DNA from: Ferrithrix thermotolerans DSM 19514
Lineage (GTDB): Bacteria; Actinomycetota; Acidimicrobiia; Acidimicrobiales; CAIXPF01
Assembly: GCA_945906305.1 (NCBI GenBank)
Contig: CAMDQT010000003.1
Location: 98,553-162,552 of the forward strand
Length of the DNA stretch: 64,000 bases
Direction: 5' to 3'
The notes below the pieces were generated by a model. It saw only the letters and a program-made list of their open reading frames with translations, did no database searches and had not been told where the DNA came from. The position numbers were made by a program, and so were the translations under genes. Of the stretch, positions 37,708-46,219 are shown in pieces. Position 1 is the first letter of the stretch. Each line of letters starts with the position of its first letter.

Positions 37708-38747
37708 TCGAGTTTGCGGCCAGTGCGCCACCGCTGCTGTCGGTACGCGACCTACGGGCGTACTTCGATACCAACGACGGGGTGGTTCGGGCCGTAGACG
37801 GGGTCAGTTTCGACGTGCGCCGCGGCGAAGTGTTTGCGGTGGTGGGAGAGTCCGGGTCGGGCAAGTCCGTGATGGCCACAACCATCATGGGTCTGCCGCG
37901 GACCGTCCGCATCGCCTCGGGCGAGGTGCGCTGGAAGGGCCGGGACCTGTTGCAGTTGCCGGAGTCCGAACATCGCCGCATTCGGGGCAAGGAGATCGCC
38001 ATGATCTTCCAGGACCCGCTCACCGCCCTCAACCCTGTCCACCAAGTGGGTCGTCAGATCGGCGAGATGGCCCGCATCCACGAGGGGTTGAGCCGGAAGG
38101 CGGCGGGGCGGCGGGCTATCGAAATGCTCGATCTCGTGGGCATTCCCGAAGCCGCCAAACGAGCCCGGATGTACCCCCACGAGTTCTCGGGGGGCATGCG
38201 TCAACGGGCCATGATCGCCATGGCCATCACCTGCCGTCCCGATCTGCTCATCGCCGATGAACCGACGACCGCGCTCGACGTGACCGTCCAGGCGCAGGTC
38301 CTCGAGGTGCTCATGCGGATCAAAGACGAGATTGACTCCGCCATCATGCTGATCACTCACGACCTCGGGGTGGTGGCCGGTCTCGCCGATCGGGTGATGG
38401 TGATGTATGCCGGCCGGACGGTCGAGGTTGGCACCGCGCCGGAGTTGTTCTACCGCGCCCGCCATCCCTACACGCTGGGCCTGCTCGCCAGCTTGGCTCG
38501 TCTCGGAGCCCGCCGCGACGAGCCTTTGGTACCCATCCCCGGTGCGCCAGCATCGTCGATTGAGGTCCCACCGGGTTGTGCGTTCAATCCCCGCTGTTCT
38601 TTCGTGAGCTCGGACGGGCGCTGTGCGCAGACCAGGCCGGAGTTGCGCGAAGCCACCGCACCCGGCCACCTTGCCGCCTGCCATGAGCTCGAAGCCCTCG
38701 ATGGGGTGAGCGTCGAGTCGGTGCGGAGGGCGGGAACAGGCCGATGA
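37704..38747 (+). CDS. Peptide ABC transporter ATP-binding protein (DppD/OppD-like)
   Basis: ORF 37635..38747. Probable TTG start at 37704, overlapping the permease stop. [28 protein letters not shown], and a C-terminal oligopeptide-type extension. Confidence 0.9.
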   Translation: MIEFAASAPPLLSVRDLRAYFDTNDGVVRAVDGVSFDVRRGEVFAVVGESGSGKSVMATTIMGLPRTVRIASGEVRWKGRDLLQLPESEHRRIRGKEIAMIFQDPLTALNPVHQVGRQIGEMARIHEGLSRKAAGRRAIEMLDLVGIPEAAKRARMYPHEFSGGMRQRAMIAMAITCRPDLLIADEPTTALDVTVQAQVLEVLMRIKDEIDSAIMLITHDLGVVAGLADRVMVMYAGRTVEVGTAPELFYRARHPYTLGLLASLARLGARRDEPLVPIPGAPASSIEVPPGCAFNPRCSFVSSDGRCAQTRPELREATAPGHLAACHELEALDGVSVESVRRAGTGR

Positions 38748-39787
38748 GCGACGGATTGATCGAGGTTCGGGGTTCCGGGCCGGGAGCGGAACTCGGTCCG
38801 CCGTTGCTCGTTGCCACCGACTTGGTGAAGGACTTCCCGCTTCGCGGCGGAGTCTTTGGTCGCACGACGGGCCGAATTTCGGCCGTGGCAGGCGTGAGTC
38901 TGACGGTGCGGCGCGGCGAGACCCTTAGCCTGGTGGGCGAGTCCGGGTGTGGCAAGTCGACCACCGGAAGATTGTTGCTCAACCTCATCCGGCCTACCGC
39001 GGGGACCGTGCGGTTCGATGGTTTGGACCTCGCCACGTTGTCGGGCAAAGAGTTGACCCACGCCCGTCGTCGTTTCCAGATCGTCTTTCAGGACCCCTAC
39101 GCCACGCTCAATCCCCGCATGACCATCGGTGCCACCCTCGGCGAGCCGCTCAGGGTGCACTTCGGCTGGAAGGCCGCCCGACGCGCCGAACGGGTGCGCC
39201 AATTGCTCGACACGGTTGGCTTGGCTCCGCAGTACGCCAACCGGTTCCCGCACGAGTTTTCTGGTGGTCAGCGCCAACGGGTCGGTATTGCCCGGGCACT
39301 CGCGCTCGAACCGGAGCTGATCGTGCTCGATGAGCCGGTGTCCGCTCTCGACGTGTCGATCCAGGCCGGGATCATCAACCTGCTGCAACGCTTGCAAGAT
39401 GAACTCGGACTGGCCTATGTCCTCATCGCTCATGACCTATCGGTTGTGCAGCACCTCTCGCACCGCGTGGCGGTGATGTATCTCGGCAAAGTCGTCGAGA
39501 CCGGTCCGGCCGAAGCGCTTTTCAGCTCGCCGGCTCATCCGTATACCCAGGCGTTGCTGTCCGCGGTGCCGGTGCCCGACCCGGAGATCCAACGCGACCG
39601 CCGGCGTCTCGTGTTGTCAGGTGAGCCTCCCTCGCCGGCCGATCCGCCGAGCGGGTGCCGGTTCCGTACCCGATGCTGGAAGGCCGAGGCGCGCTGTACC
39701 GAACTCGAGCCTGAACTCGTCGAGCGGGGCATAGGTCATCGCGTGGCGTGCCACTTTCCGCACGTCGTTGTCGATCCCCTGGGCTGA
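38744..39787 (+). CDS. Peptide ABC transporter ATP-binding protein (DppF/OppF-like)
   Basis: 347 aa. GESGCGKST, FSGGQRQR, LIVLDEPVSALD. ATGA overlap with the previous gene. Confidence 0.9.
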   Translation: MSDGLIEVRGSGPGAELGPPLLVATDLVKDFPLRGGVFGRTTGRISAVAGVSLTVRRGETLSLVGESGCGKSTTGRLLLNLIRPTAGTVRFDGLDLATLSGKELTHARRRFQIVFQDPYATLNPRMTIGATLGEPLRVHFGWKAARRAERVRQLLDTVGLAPQYANRFPHEFSGGQRQRVGIARALALEPELIVLDEPVSALDVSIQAGIINLLQRLQDELGLAYVLIAHDLSVVQHLSHRVAVMYLGKVVETGPAEALFSSPAHPYTQALLSAVPVPDPEIQRDRRRLVLSGEPPSPADPPSGCRFRTRCWKAEARCTELEPELVERGIGHRVACHFPHVVVDPLG

Positions 39788-39858
39788 GGAAGCACTGTTC
39801 ACTACTGAGTCTCTTTTCCTATTGGCAACGCGGGTCGATATGACCTTCGACGGCCAAC

Positions 39859-41745
39859 ATGGATGTGGGACCGGAAGACATGAGACAACGTGTATGGATC
39901 ACGGCGGTGGCCTTGGCCGCTCCAACGACGAGCTTGCTCCTCGGGATGGTGCTGACCTTTGGCGCGCTGCACGTTGCGACGCAGGTCTCGGGCGATGCCA
40001 CTCGGGAGCAACTCGAGCTGCGCCTGCGGCGAGTCGCGCATGAGGTGGGCGACCGACTCGACGAGGGCGTAGCGCAAGACGGTGCTGCCTTGCTGGTTGG
40101 CCTCCACGCCGGCGTAGACACGGCCCTGGTGCTGCGCGACGGCCGCGGGGTGATGGCAGATAACAGCGGCGACGCGCAGCTTGGTGTGGTGGGAGAGTTT
40201 CCGGTACCCGGCCATGACGGTGTGGTCGTGGTCGCTCTTGGACCGTCGCGTTACTTTGCCGCCGCGCTGCCGGTTGTGGTCGCCGCCGTCGGCATCTGCA
40301 CCACCGCGCTGGCCAGTGTCGGTGTAGGGGTGTGGTCTCTGCAGTCGCGTCGGCGCAAGGCGGTGGAAAAACGCCTGGCCCACACCTACCAGGCGGCTCG
40401 GATCGATGCCCTTACCGGACTGGTCAATCGTTCGTACCTGATGGAATGGCTCGACGGGCAATTGGCGCTATGTGGGCAGTCTGGGCGCAGCCTCGGATTG
40501 GTGTTCATCGACATCGATCGTTTCAAGACCGTGAATGACACGATGGGCCACGCCGTGGGCGATGAGTTGCTCAAAGAGGTGGCGCGACGACTTGTGGCGT
40601 CGGTTCGAGGCGGTGATCTGGTGGCTCGCCTGGGCGGTGACGAGTTCGTGGTCCTTTTCCCGGGGGTCTCGGATGCGGCAACGCTGGCCGAACTCGCCGA
40701 GCGCATGCAGGCCGCATTCGACCCGCCGGTCGAGCTGCGCACCGGCCCATTCTACGCCAGCCTCAGCATGGGCCTTGCCGTGGGCGACGCCGACACCGTG
40801 TCGAGCCAGGCGTTGCTCGAACAGGCCGATGCCGCCATGTACGTGGCCAAGGGCACGCCCGGTATCCGTCACGCCTTCTTCGACGAACGGCTCAGGGCCG
40901 ACGCCGCGAGTCGACAGGCGCTCGGCGACGCCCTGCGAGCCGGCCTTGAAGCAGGCGAGCTGGTACTGCACTATCAACCGGTCGTCGCGCTGAACTCCGG
41001 TGATGTGGTGGCAGTGGAAGCCTTCGTGCGCTGGCTTCGTCCCGGACACGGGATCGTGGCCCCGGGCAGCTTTCTGCCCGTGGCCGAGGACAATGGCCTG
41101 ATCGGCGCGCTGGGCCGGATGGTGGTGCTCGAAGCCTGTATGCAAGCCGCGGCCTGGAATAGTGATGAATCGGTCACGCCGCCGTTGCCCATAGCGGTCA
41201 ACGTGTCCGAGCGGCAGTTGCTGGCACCTGACTTCGTGCCGATGGTGGCCAGGGCGGTCGCCTCGAGCCGGCTGCCGGCCGCACTGTTGCAGATCGAAAT
41301 CAGCGAGTCGACCGCCGCGGACCGACGGGTTCGGGCCTCAGGGGTACTCGATGAGCTCACCAAACTCGGCGTGTCCCTCGTCGTTGACGACTTCGGTTTG
41401 CATCATGGTTCGCTCGGATTGCTGAAGGAACTGCCGTTGGCTGCGGTGAAAATCCACGGCACGTCGGTGATGCATGTGGCCGATTCCGAGCGCGATCAAG
41501 CGGTCGTGGAGGCCGTGGTCAAACTCGCCGCGGTCCTCGGCGCGCTGGTGGTCGCAGAGTGCGTGGAGACCGAGGAGCAACTCGCCATGCTTCGCCGGCT
41601 GGGGGTCCGTCATGCGCAGGGGTACCTGTTTCTGCCCCCGGCTCCGGGCTGCGAGCTCGTCGGGCTTTGCCACAGCCGTCGACTCGAGCTTCGCCACAGC
41701 ACCGGGATGATCCTCACCGCCAACGCTGCCCGCAGCGCGGCGTGA
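39859..41745 (+). CDS. Membrane-anchored GGDEF-EAL (c-di-GMP turnover) protein
   Basis: 628 aa. Two N-terminal hydrophobic segments flank a ~110-aa extracytoplasmic region. The GGDEF domain has RLGGDEFVVLF. The EAL domain has VEAFVRW, AVNVSE, EISES, VVDDFG, ECVETEEQ and AQGYLF. Confidence 0.85.
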   Translation: MDVGPEDMRQRVWITAVALAAPTTSLLLGMVLTFGALHVATQVSGDATREQLELRLRRVAHEVGDRLDEGVAQDGAALLVGLHAGVDTALVLRDGRGVMADNSGDAQLGVVGEFPVPGHDGVVVVALGPSRYFAAALPVVVAAVGICTTALASVGVGVWSLQSRRRKAVEKRLAHTYQAARIDALTGLVNRSYLMEWLDGQLALCGQSGRSLGLVFIDIDRFKTVNDTMGHAVGDELLKEVARRLVASVRGGDLVARLGGDEFVVLFPGVSDAATLAELAERMQAAFDPPVELRTGPFYASLSMGLAVGDADTVSSQALLEQADAAMYVAKGTPGIRHAFFDERLRADAASRQALGDALRAGLEAGELVLHYQPVVALNSGDVVAVEAFVRWLRPGHGIVAPGSFLPVAEDNGLIGALGRMVVLEACMQAAAWNSDESVTPPLPIAVNVSERQLLAPDFVPMVARAVASSRLPAALLQIEISESTAADRRVRASGVLDELTKLGVSLVVDDFGLHHGSLGLLKELPLAAVKIHGTSVMHVADSERDQAVVEAVVKLAAVLGALVVAECVETEEQLAMLRRLGVRHAQGYLFLPPAPGCELVGLCHSRRLELRHSTGMILTANAARSAA

Positions 41746-41883
41746 ACTGGCAAGGTTGTCTGCTGCGATGGCGGTAGGAACTCGCGTCACCGGCGATGGT
41801 GTGTCGCCCCGGGCCGAGCCAAGGGTCGACACCGGTAGGATGCCCCTGGTTCGATCCCCGAGAGAGAGCACGCCGGTACTGCG

Positions 41884-42540
41884 ATGACCAACGACCTCCC
41901 GACTTCGCTCGGCGGTGCCGGGCGACCGGAGGAGAGCAGCCAAGTAGCTCTGGTCCGTGGGGCTCGGCGTGCCGCGCAGCGTCGCCGTTCCTTGCTCGAA
42001 TGGATCGTCGCCATGGTGGTGGCCGTCCTGGTGGCTTTCGGCATCAAGAGTTGGGTGGCGCAGACCTTTGTCATCCCATCAGGGTCGATGGAGAACACCC
42101 TGCTCATCGGCGACCGGGTTCTGGTGTCCAAGCTTTCCTACAACTTCGGTGCTGTCGAACGTGGCGATGTGATCGTGTTCGACAACCCCGAGTGTTTCCA
42201 GCTCGAGGGCGGGGATTTCTGCCAGTATGCCCAGCTCATCAAGCGGGTGGTGGGGGTGTCCGGTGACCGGGTGTCGGCGTCGAGCGGCAAACTGGTGGTC
42301 AACGGCGATGTCCAGCCCGAGGCGTTCCTCAAGCCCGGATCCACGACACGCATGCCCGGCGCCTGCGCGGTGTACGACGAAAAAGAGGTCATCACCGTCG
42401 CCCCCGGCGAGTTGCTGGTGATGGGTGACAACCGCAACATGAGCAAGGACGGCCGCTGTTTCGGCCCGATCCCCGCCACCGCGGTGGTGGGCAAGGCCTT
42501 CCTGAGGCTCTGGCCGGTGGGCCGCATCGGTGGCCTATGA
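41884..42540 (+). CDS. lepB: Signal peptidase I
   Basis: 218 aa. TM anchor, IPSGSMENTL (Ser), LIKRVVGVSGD (Lys), GDNRNMSKDGR. Confidence 0.9.
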   Translation: MTNDLPTSLGGAGRPEESSQVALVRGARRAAQRRRSLLEWIVAMVVAVLVAFGIKSWVAQTFVIPSGSMENTLLIGDRVLVSKLSYNFGAVERGDVIVFDNPECFQLEGGDFCQYAQLIKRVVGVSGDRVSASSGKLVVNGDVQPEAFLKPGSTTRMPGACAVYDEKEVITVAPGELLVMGDNRNMSKDGRCFGPIPATAVVGKAFLRLWPVGRIGGL

Positions 42541-43052
42541 GCATGGACGCTGGCTCGGGTCGCTCCCCGCGAGACGAAGGCTCCGCCGTGGCGGGCTGGT
42601 ATGGGGCAGAGGAGGGGTTCGTGCGCTGGTGGGATGGCACGGGCTGGGGCCCACCGTGTGCCGCGCCGTCCGCAGGCCAGATGCCGCCCGAGCCGGTTGC
42701 GCGTCGGCGGGCGTTGTTGCCCGGTGCCGCGCCGGGTGACCACACCGCCACGTTGGTGGTGCTCAGCCACCTCGGTTTCGTGCTGGGGGCGTTCATCATG
42801 CCGTTGAGTGTCTACCTGGTCGAAAAGTCCAACCCCTACGTTCGTCATCACGCCGCTGAAGGGTTGAACTTTCAGCTGACCGTCCTGCTGGCGGTGGTGG
42901 TGTCTTTGCCACTGATGCTGGTTGTGGTGGGCTTTTTCACACTGGCGGCGGCCGTTGCGGCTGATGTGGTGTTCGGGATCGTGGCGGCGGTTCAGGCCAG
43001 CCGAGGTGTGTGGTTCCGCTATCCGCTGAACCTGCGCATCGTGCGTCCCTGA
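42537..43052 (+). CDS. DUF2510 + DUF4870-like membrane protein
   Basis: 171 aa. N-terminal GWYGAEEGFVRWWDGTGWG (DUF2510-like). C-terminal hydrophobic region with RHHAAEGLNFQLT (DUF4870-like). ATGA overlap with lepB. Confidence 0.65.
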   Translation: MSMDAGSGRSPRDEGSAVAGWYGAEEGFVRWWDGTGWGPPCAAPSAGQMPPEPVARRRALLPGAAPGDHTATLVVLSHLGFVLGAFIMPLSVYLVEKSNPYVRHHAAEGLNFQLTVLLAVVVSLPLMLVVVGFFTLAAAVAADVVFGIVAAVQASRGVWFRYPLNLRIVRP

Positions 43053-43097
43053 GCTTCGAACTCGCCGGGCAACGGTGAGTGACTATCATGCTATTTC

Positions 43098-43955
43098 ATG
43101 TCACCTACATGCCTTCTGGGGGTGGTCGTGGCTCTGCTGGCTGCGGGCGCGGCGGGGTTGGCGCCGCCGGCCGGTGCCGGGGTCAGCGTGGCCAGCGACG
43201 GGGCCAGGGTGGTGGTGGCGGGTTACCGTGCGGGCGGCGAGGACTACCAGCACTGGACGGCGTCATCGCCCACCGGCCGGTTGGTGCAGTGCCGGGAGCT
43301 CATCGACGAGACCGATGGCATAGTGGACAGCGATGGCGTGCTGGCCGGTCTGAGCTGGCCACCGCTGGACCCATCACGGGTTGCTAGGTGGCGGTACTGG
43401 CTGGATTGTCGTTACCGCGACGGCGCCGCCGTCGAACTCGGGAACACTGGTCTGGGCTACGTGTATGCCGACGAGGTCCTCGACTACGACGCCGCCGTGA
43501 CCACGGCGGCCGAGCAGTACTTGGCCGAAACCTTGGCGCCGTCTTTGGCGGTGGGCACCTCGCCCCCGGCGGGCCTCGTCGGCTTTGAGCAGTGGTTCTG
43601 GGTGCAAGGAACCTCCGGGGCGTTTGTCGATCAGGTCCATGACGTGTTCGGCCGTCGGGTCGTGCTGCAACTCGAACTGGCGGAGGTCCGCTGGACCTTT
43701 GGGGACGGAACCGAAGCTGTTTTCGGCCCGCAGGGTCTAGGCATTGCCGAAGCGGCGGGTCCGGTCACTCACCGCTACCGCTGGCGCTCCACAACGGCGT
43801 CGCCCAGCGCGACCTACCGCCTCGGCGTCACGGTGGTCATCGCCCTGCGGTACACCCTCGACGGTGGCGACTGGCTCGAGGCCAATCCAGCGTTGCGGGC
43901 CAGGGCCGGGCGCGACCTCGTCGTGCGTGAGGCTCAAGCGGTGGGCCACGGCTAG
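43098..43955 (+). CDS. Secreted hypothetical protein with PKD-like C-terminal segment
   Basis: 285 aa. Signal-like LLGVVVALLAAGAAGLAPPAGAG. The C-terminal VRWTFGDGTEAVFG...VTHRYRW...YRLGVTVV resembles the PKD-domain WDFGDG...H.Y...Y.V.L pattern. Confidence 0.55.
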   Translation: MSPTCLLGVVVALLAAGAAGLAPPAGAGVSVASDGARVVVAGYRAGGEDYQHWTASSPTGRLVQCRELIDETDGIVDSDGVLAGLSWPPLDPSRVARWRYWLDCRYRDGAAVELGNTGLGYVYADEVLDYDAAVTTAAEQYLAETLAPSLAVGTSPPAGLVGFEQWFWVQGTSGAFVDQVHDVFGRRVVLQLELAEVRWTFGDGTEAVFGPQGLGIAEAAGPVTHRYRWRSTTASPSATYRLGVTVVIALRYTLDGGDWLEANPALRARAGRDLVVREAQAVGHG

Positions 43956-43980
43956 TGCTGCGTGTCCGCCGGTGGCGCGT

Positions 43981-46167
43981 TCAGTCCAGTCGTCGGCGAA
44001 ACGCGTCGACGGCACGGCGAAGTTGCGCCTGGCGACGGGTGCCTTGACCGACCAGGACCCGATGAAGGGTCGGAAAGGTTCGCCGCGCCGCCACCACGGC
44101 GTCGACATAAACGTGAACGTTGCCTTCGGGCCGCGCCCCGAGCCTCAGGGCAAGGTCGCCCTGGCGACCATTGGGTGCAGCAAGCGTTCGGTGTAAAAGG
44201 TCGACCAACGTCGCAGCGCTCCTCTGCCAGGTGAACGTGTCGGCCGCTGCGGCCAACAGAGCAATCTGTTCGGTGCGGAACCCCACGTCGGTGAGCAGTC
44301 GCTCGGCGAGTGGCACCGCTTCAGCCGGTAGGAGCGAGGTGAGAGTGCTGAGTTCCGGGGGGAGCACCTCATCGAGGGAACCCTGGCGGGTGGTCAGCAC
44401 CGGTACGCCGGCGACCGCAGCCTCGAATGGCACCATGCCGAAGCCTTCCGACAACGTCGGGTAGGTCACCAACGCGGTGTTCGAGAGCAGCCACGCCTTC
44501 TCAGATTCGGTGACCGATGGGAGGGTCACCACGTCGATGGCGAGTTCCGGGTGCTCGTTCAGCCACTTCGATTCGGCTTCGTGGCTACTGCCCCACGGCG
44601 GTTCCGGGCCGACGAGCGCTAGTTGACCACTGAAGCCTTGGTTGCGAAGTGCGCCCCAAAGTTCCACCGCGAACATCCGGTTCTTGTGCAGGTAGCTCGC
44701 GCCAAGCACGAGCAGGAAACCCGGGCGCAGCGCCTTGCCCGGGGGAGGGTGTGGCTCCACCGTTGCCGAACAGTGGTCGATTCCACAGTAAGTGACCGCC
44801 GAATGATGTTGGGGGGACAGCAAGCCTTCTCGAACGGCCTCTTCCCGTGAATGCGTGCTGATGAACGCCACGCCGTCGACGACCTCGAATGCGGTGGCGG
44901 TGATGTCTCGATACTGTCGCCACACGTCATTGATGCCGTAGTAAGCGGCGTTGTGGTACGCGATCATGTCGAGTTGGGTCACCACCGTGACGTCGGCCAC
45001 TTGGCGCATCCACCGCAGTTGAACCGGATGGTCGACCTGATAGGGGCGCAGCGCCACTTCGTAGTGTTGGTCGTAGGTCTTGTAAGGGACTTGTGGGCAG
45101 ACATGCAGGCGGGGCCGACCTTGGACGGCGGCCCGCACGTAGGCCGGTACCTTGAGCGGCGTGACGAGGTCGACGCGCTGCACCGAAGGGTCCTCGGCGA
45201 GGGCACACGCGGTTTCGAGTACGAAGCGTTGGGTGCCCATCATTTGTGGGCCGAGACAGAACCCATCGACCACCACGCTGATTCCGGTCAGGGCCCGGCG
45301 GGCGCGGGAGAGCGCATTGGCGAAACTGGTGCGCGTGACGGTCGAGGCGTGCTGCATCAGGGGTGCATAGAGCGGGTGGCGCTCGTTGATGAGCTTCTCG
45401 TGGGCGTCCTGCATTAGCTGCTTTTGGGGCGAGGTCCCGAACGACGCGCTTCCCCGGTGGAACACGAACACATCGTCGGCGAGAACGTTGAGCAATCCGT
45501 GCGCAGCAGCCCGCTGGCTGAAATCGACCTCTTCGCCATAGCCCGGGGAGAAAATTGGGTCGAATCCGCCCAGCACATCAAGTGCGGTGCGGCTGATGTA
45601 CATGCAGTGCCCCACCGCGGTGGGGATGACGGGTCGGGTTTGGGTGGCTGCGGCGGCGATACGGCGGGCGGCGTCAGCCACCGTGAGGCCCTCAGGCATG
45701 GGTCCTGGGGCATTCCGAACGGGCAGCGACAAGATGGTGCCGTGGTTCGTAAGGGTCGATACCGTCGCCACGGTGTTCGATGATCTCGCCGCGCCGATCA
45801 TGCGTTCAAGCCATTCGGGCCCCACGACGACATCGGAGTTGACCAACACGACGTCGCGGCCGGCGGCGATCTTGAAGGCCTCGTTGCACGAATGGACGAA
45901 CCCGACGTTCACCTCCCGGAGGTACAACACCACTCGGTGTTCGCCCCGGGCACCGACCTCGCGAACGGAGTCCACGGCGGTATTGTCCGGGCTGGCATCG
46001 TCGATCACGACAATGGGCGTCGCGGTCGGTGTGTGGGCGAGCAAGGACTCGATACACGCCCGAACATCGTCGGGTGAGTTGTAAACCGGTACAACGACCA
46101 CGGGCCCGGTGCCGGAACCGAGAGCGGTGACGGCCTCAACGAACGAATGAGCAGAGTTGAGCGGCAA
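43981..46167 (-). CDS. Bifunctional glycosyltransferase (N-terminal GT2, C-terminal GT4/GT1-like)
   Basis: ORF 43981..46275. VVVPVYNSPDDVRACIESLLAHT...VVIDDASPD is the GT2 signature. C-terminal EGFGMVPFEAAVAGVPVLTT is the GT4 E-x7-E region. The start is uncertain: TTG at 46167 or GTG further in. An AT-richer stretch at 46190-46225 looks intergenic. Confidence 0.8.
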   Translation of the reverse strand: MPLNSAHSFVEAVTALGSGTGPVVVVPVYNSPDDVRACIESLLAHTPTATPIVVIDDASPDNTAVDSVREVGARGEHRVVLYLREVNVGFVHSCNEAFKIAAGRDVVLVNSDVVVGPEWLERMIGAARSSNTVATVSTLTNHGTILSLPVRNAPGPMPEGLTVADAARRIAAAATQTRPVIPTAVGHCMYISRTALDVLGGFDPIFSPGYGEEVDFSQRAAAHGLLNVLADDVFVFHRGSASFGTSPQKQLMQDAHEKLINERHPLYAPLMQHASTVTRTSFANALSRARRALTGISVVVDGFCLGPQMMGTQRFVLETACALAEDPSVQRVDLVTPLKVPAYVRAAVQGRPRLHVCPQVPYKTYDQHYEVALRPYQVDHPVQLRWMRQVADVTVVTQLDMIAYHNAAYYGINDVWRQYRDITATAFEVVDGVAFISTHSREEAVREGLLSPQHHSAVTYCGIDHCSATVEPHPPPGKALRPGFLLVLGASYLHKNRMFAVELWGALRNQGFSGQLALVGPEPPWGSSHEAESKWLNEHPELAIDVVTLPSVTESEKAWLLSNTALVTYPTLSEGFGMVPFEAAVAGVPVLTTRQGSLDEVLPPELSTLTSLLPAEAVPLAERLLTDVGFRTEQIALLAAAADTFTWQRSAATLVDLLHRTLAAPNGRQGDLALRLGARPEGNVHVYVDAVVAARRTFPTLHRVLVGQGTRRQAQLRRAVDAFRRRLD

Positions 46168-46219
46168 CAGGGAACCCGATCGAAGGCCTCGATTAAGGGC
46201 AAATGTTACACTCGCCTCA

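Noticed and set aside
41848-41857. GGTTCGATCC, a tRNA T-loop-like string in the lepB leader
   Set aside because: The flanking bases (CCTGG / CCCGA) pair at only 3 of 5 T-stem positions. No complementary acceptor stem (CTCTCTC) exists ~65 nt upstream. No cloverleaf can be drawn.
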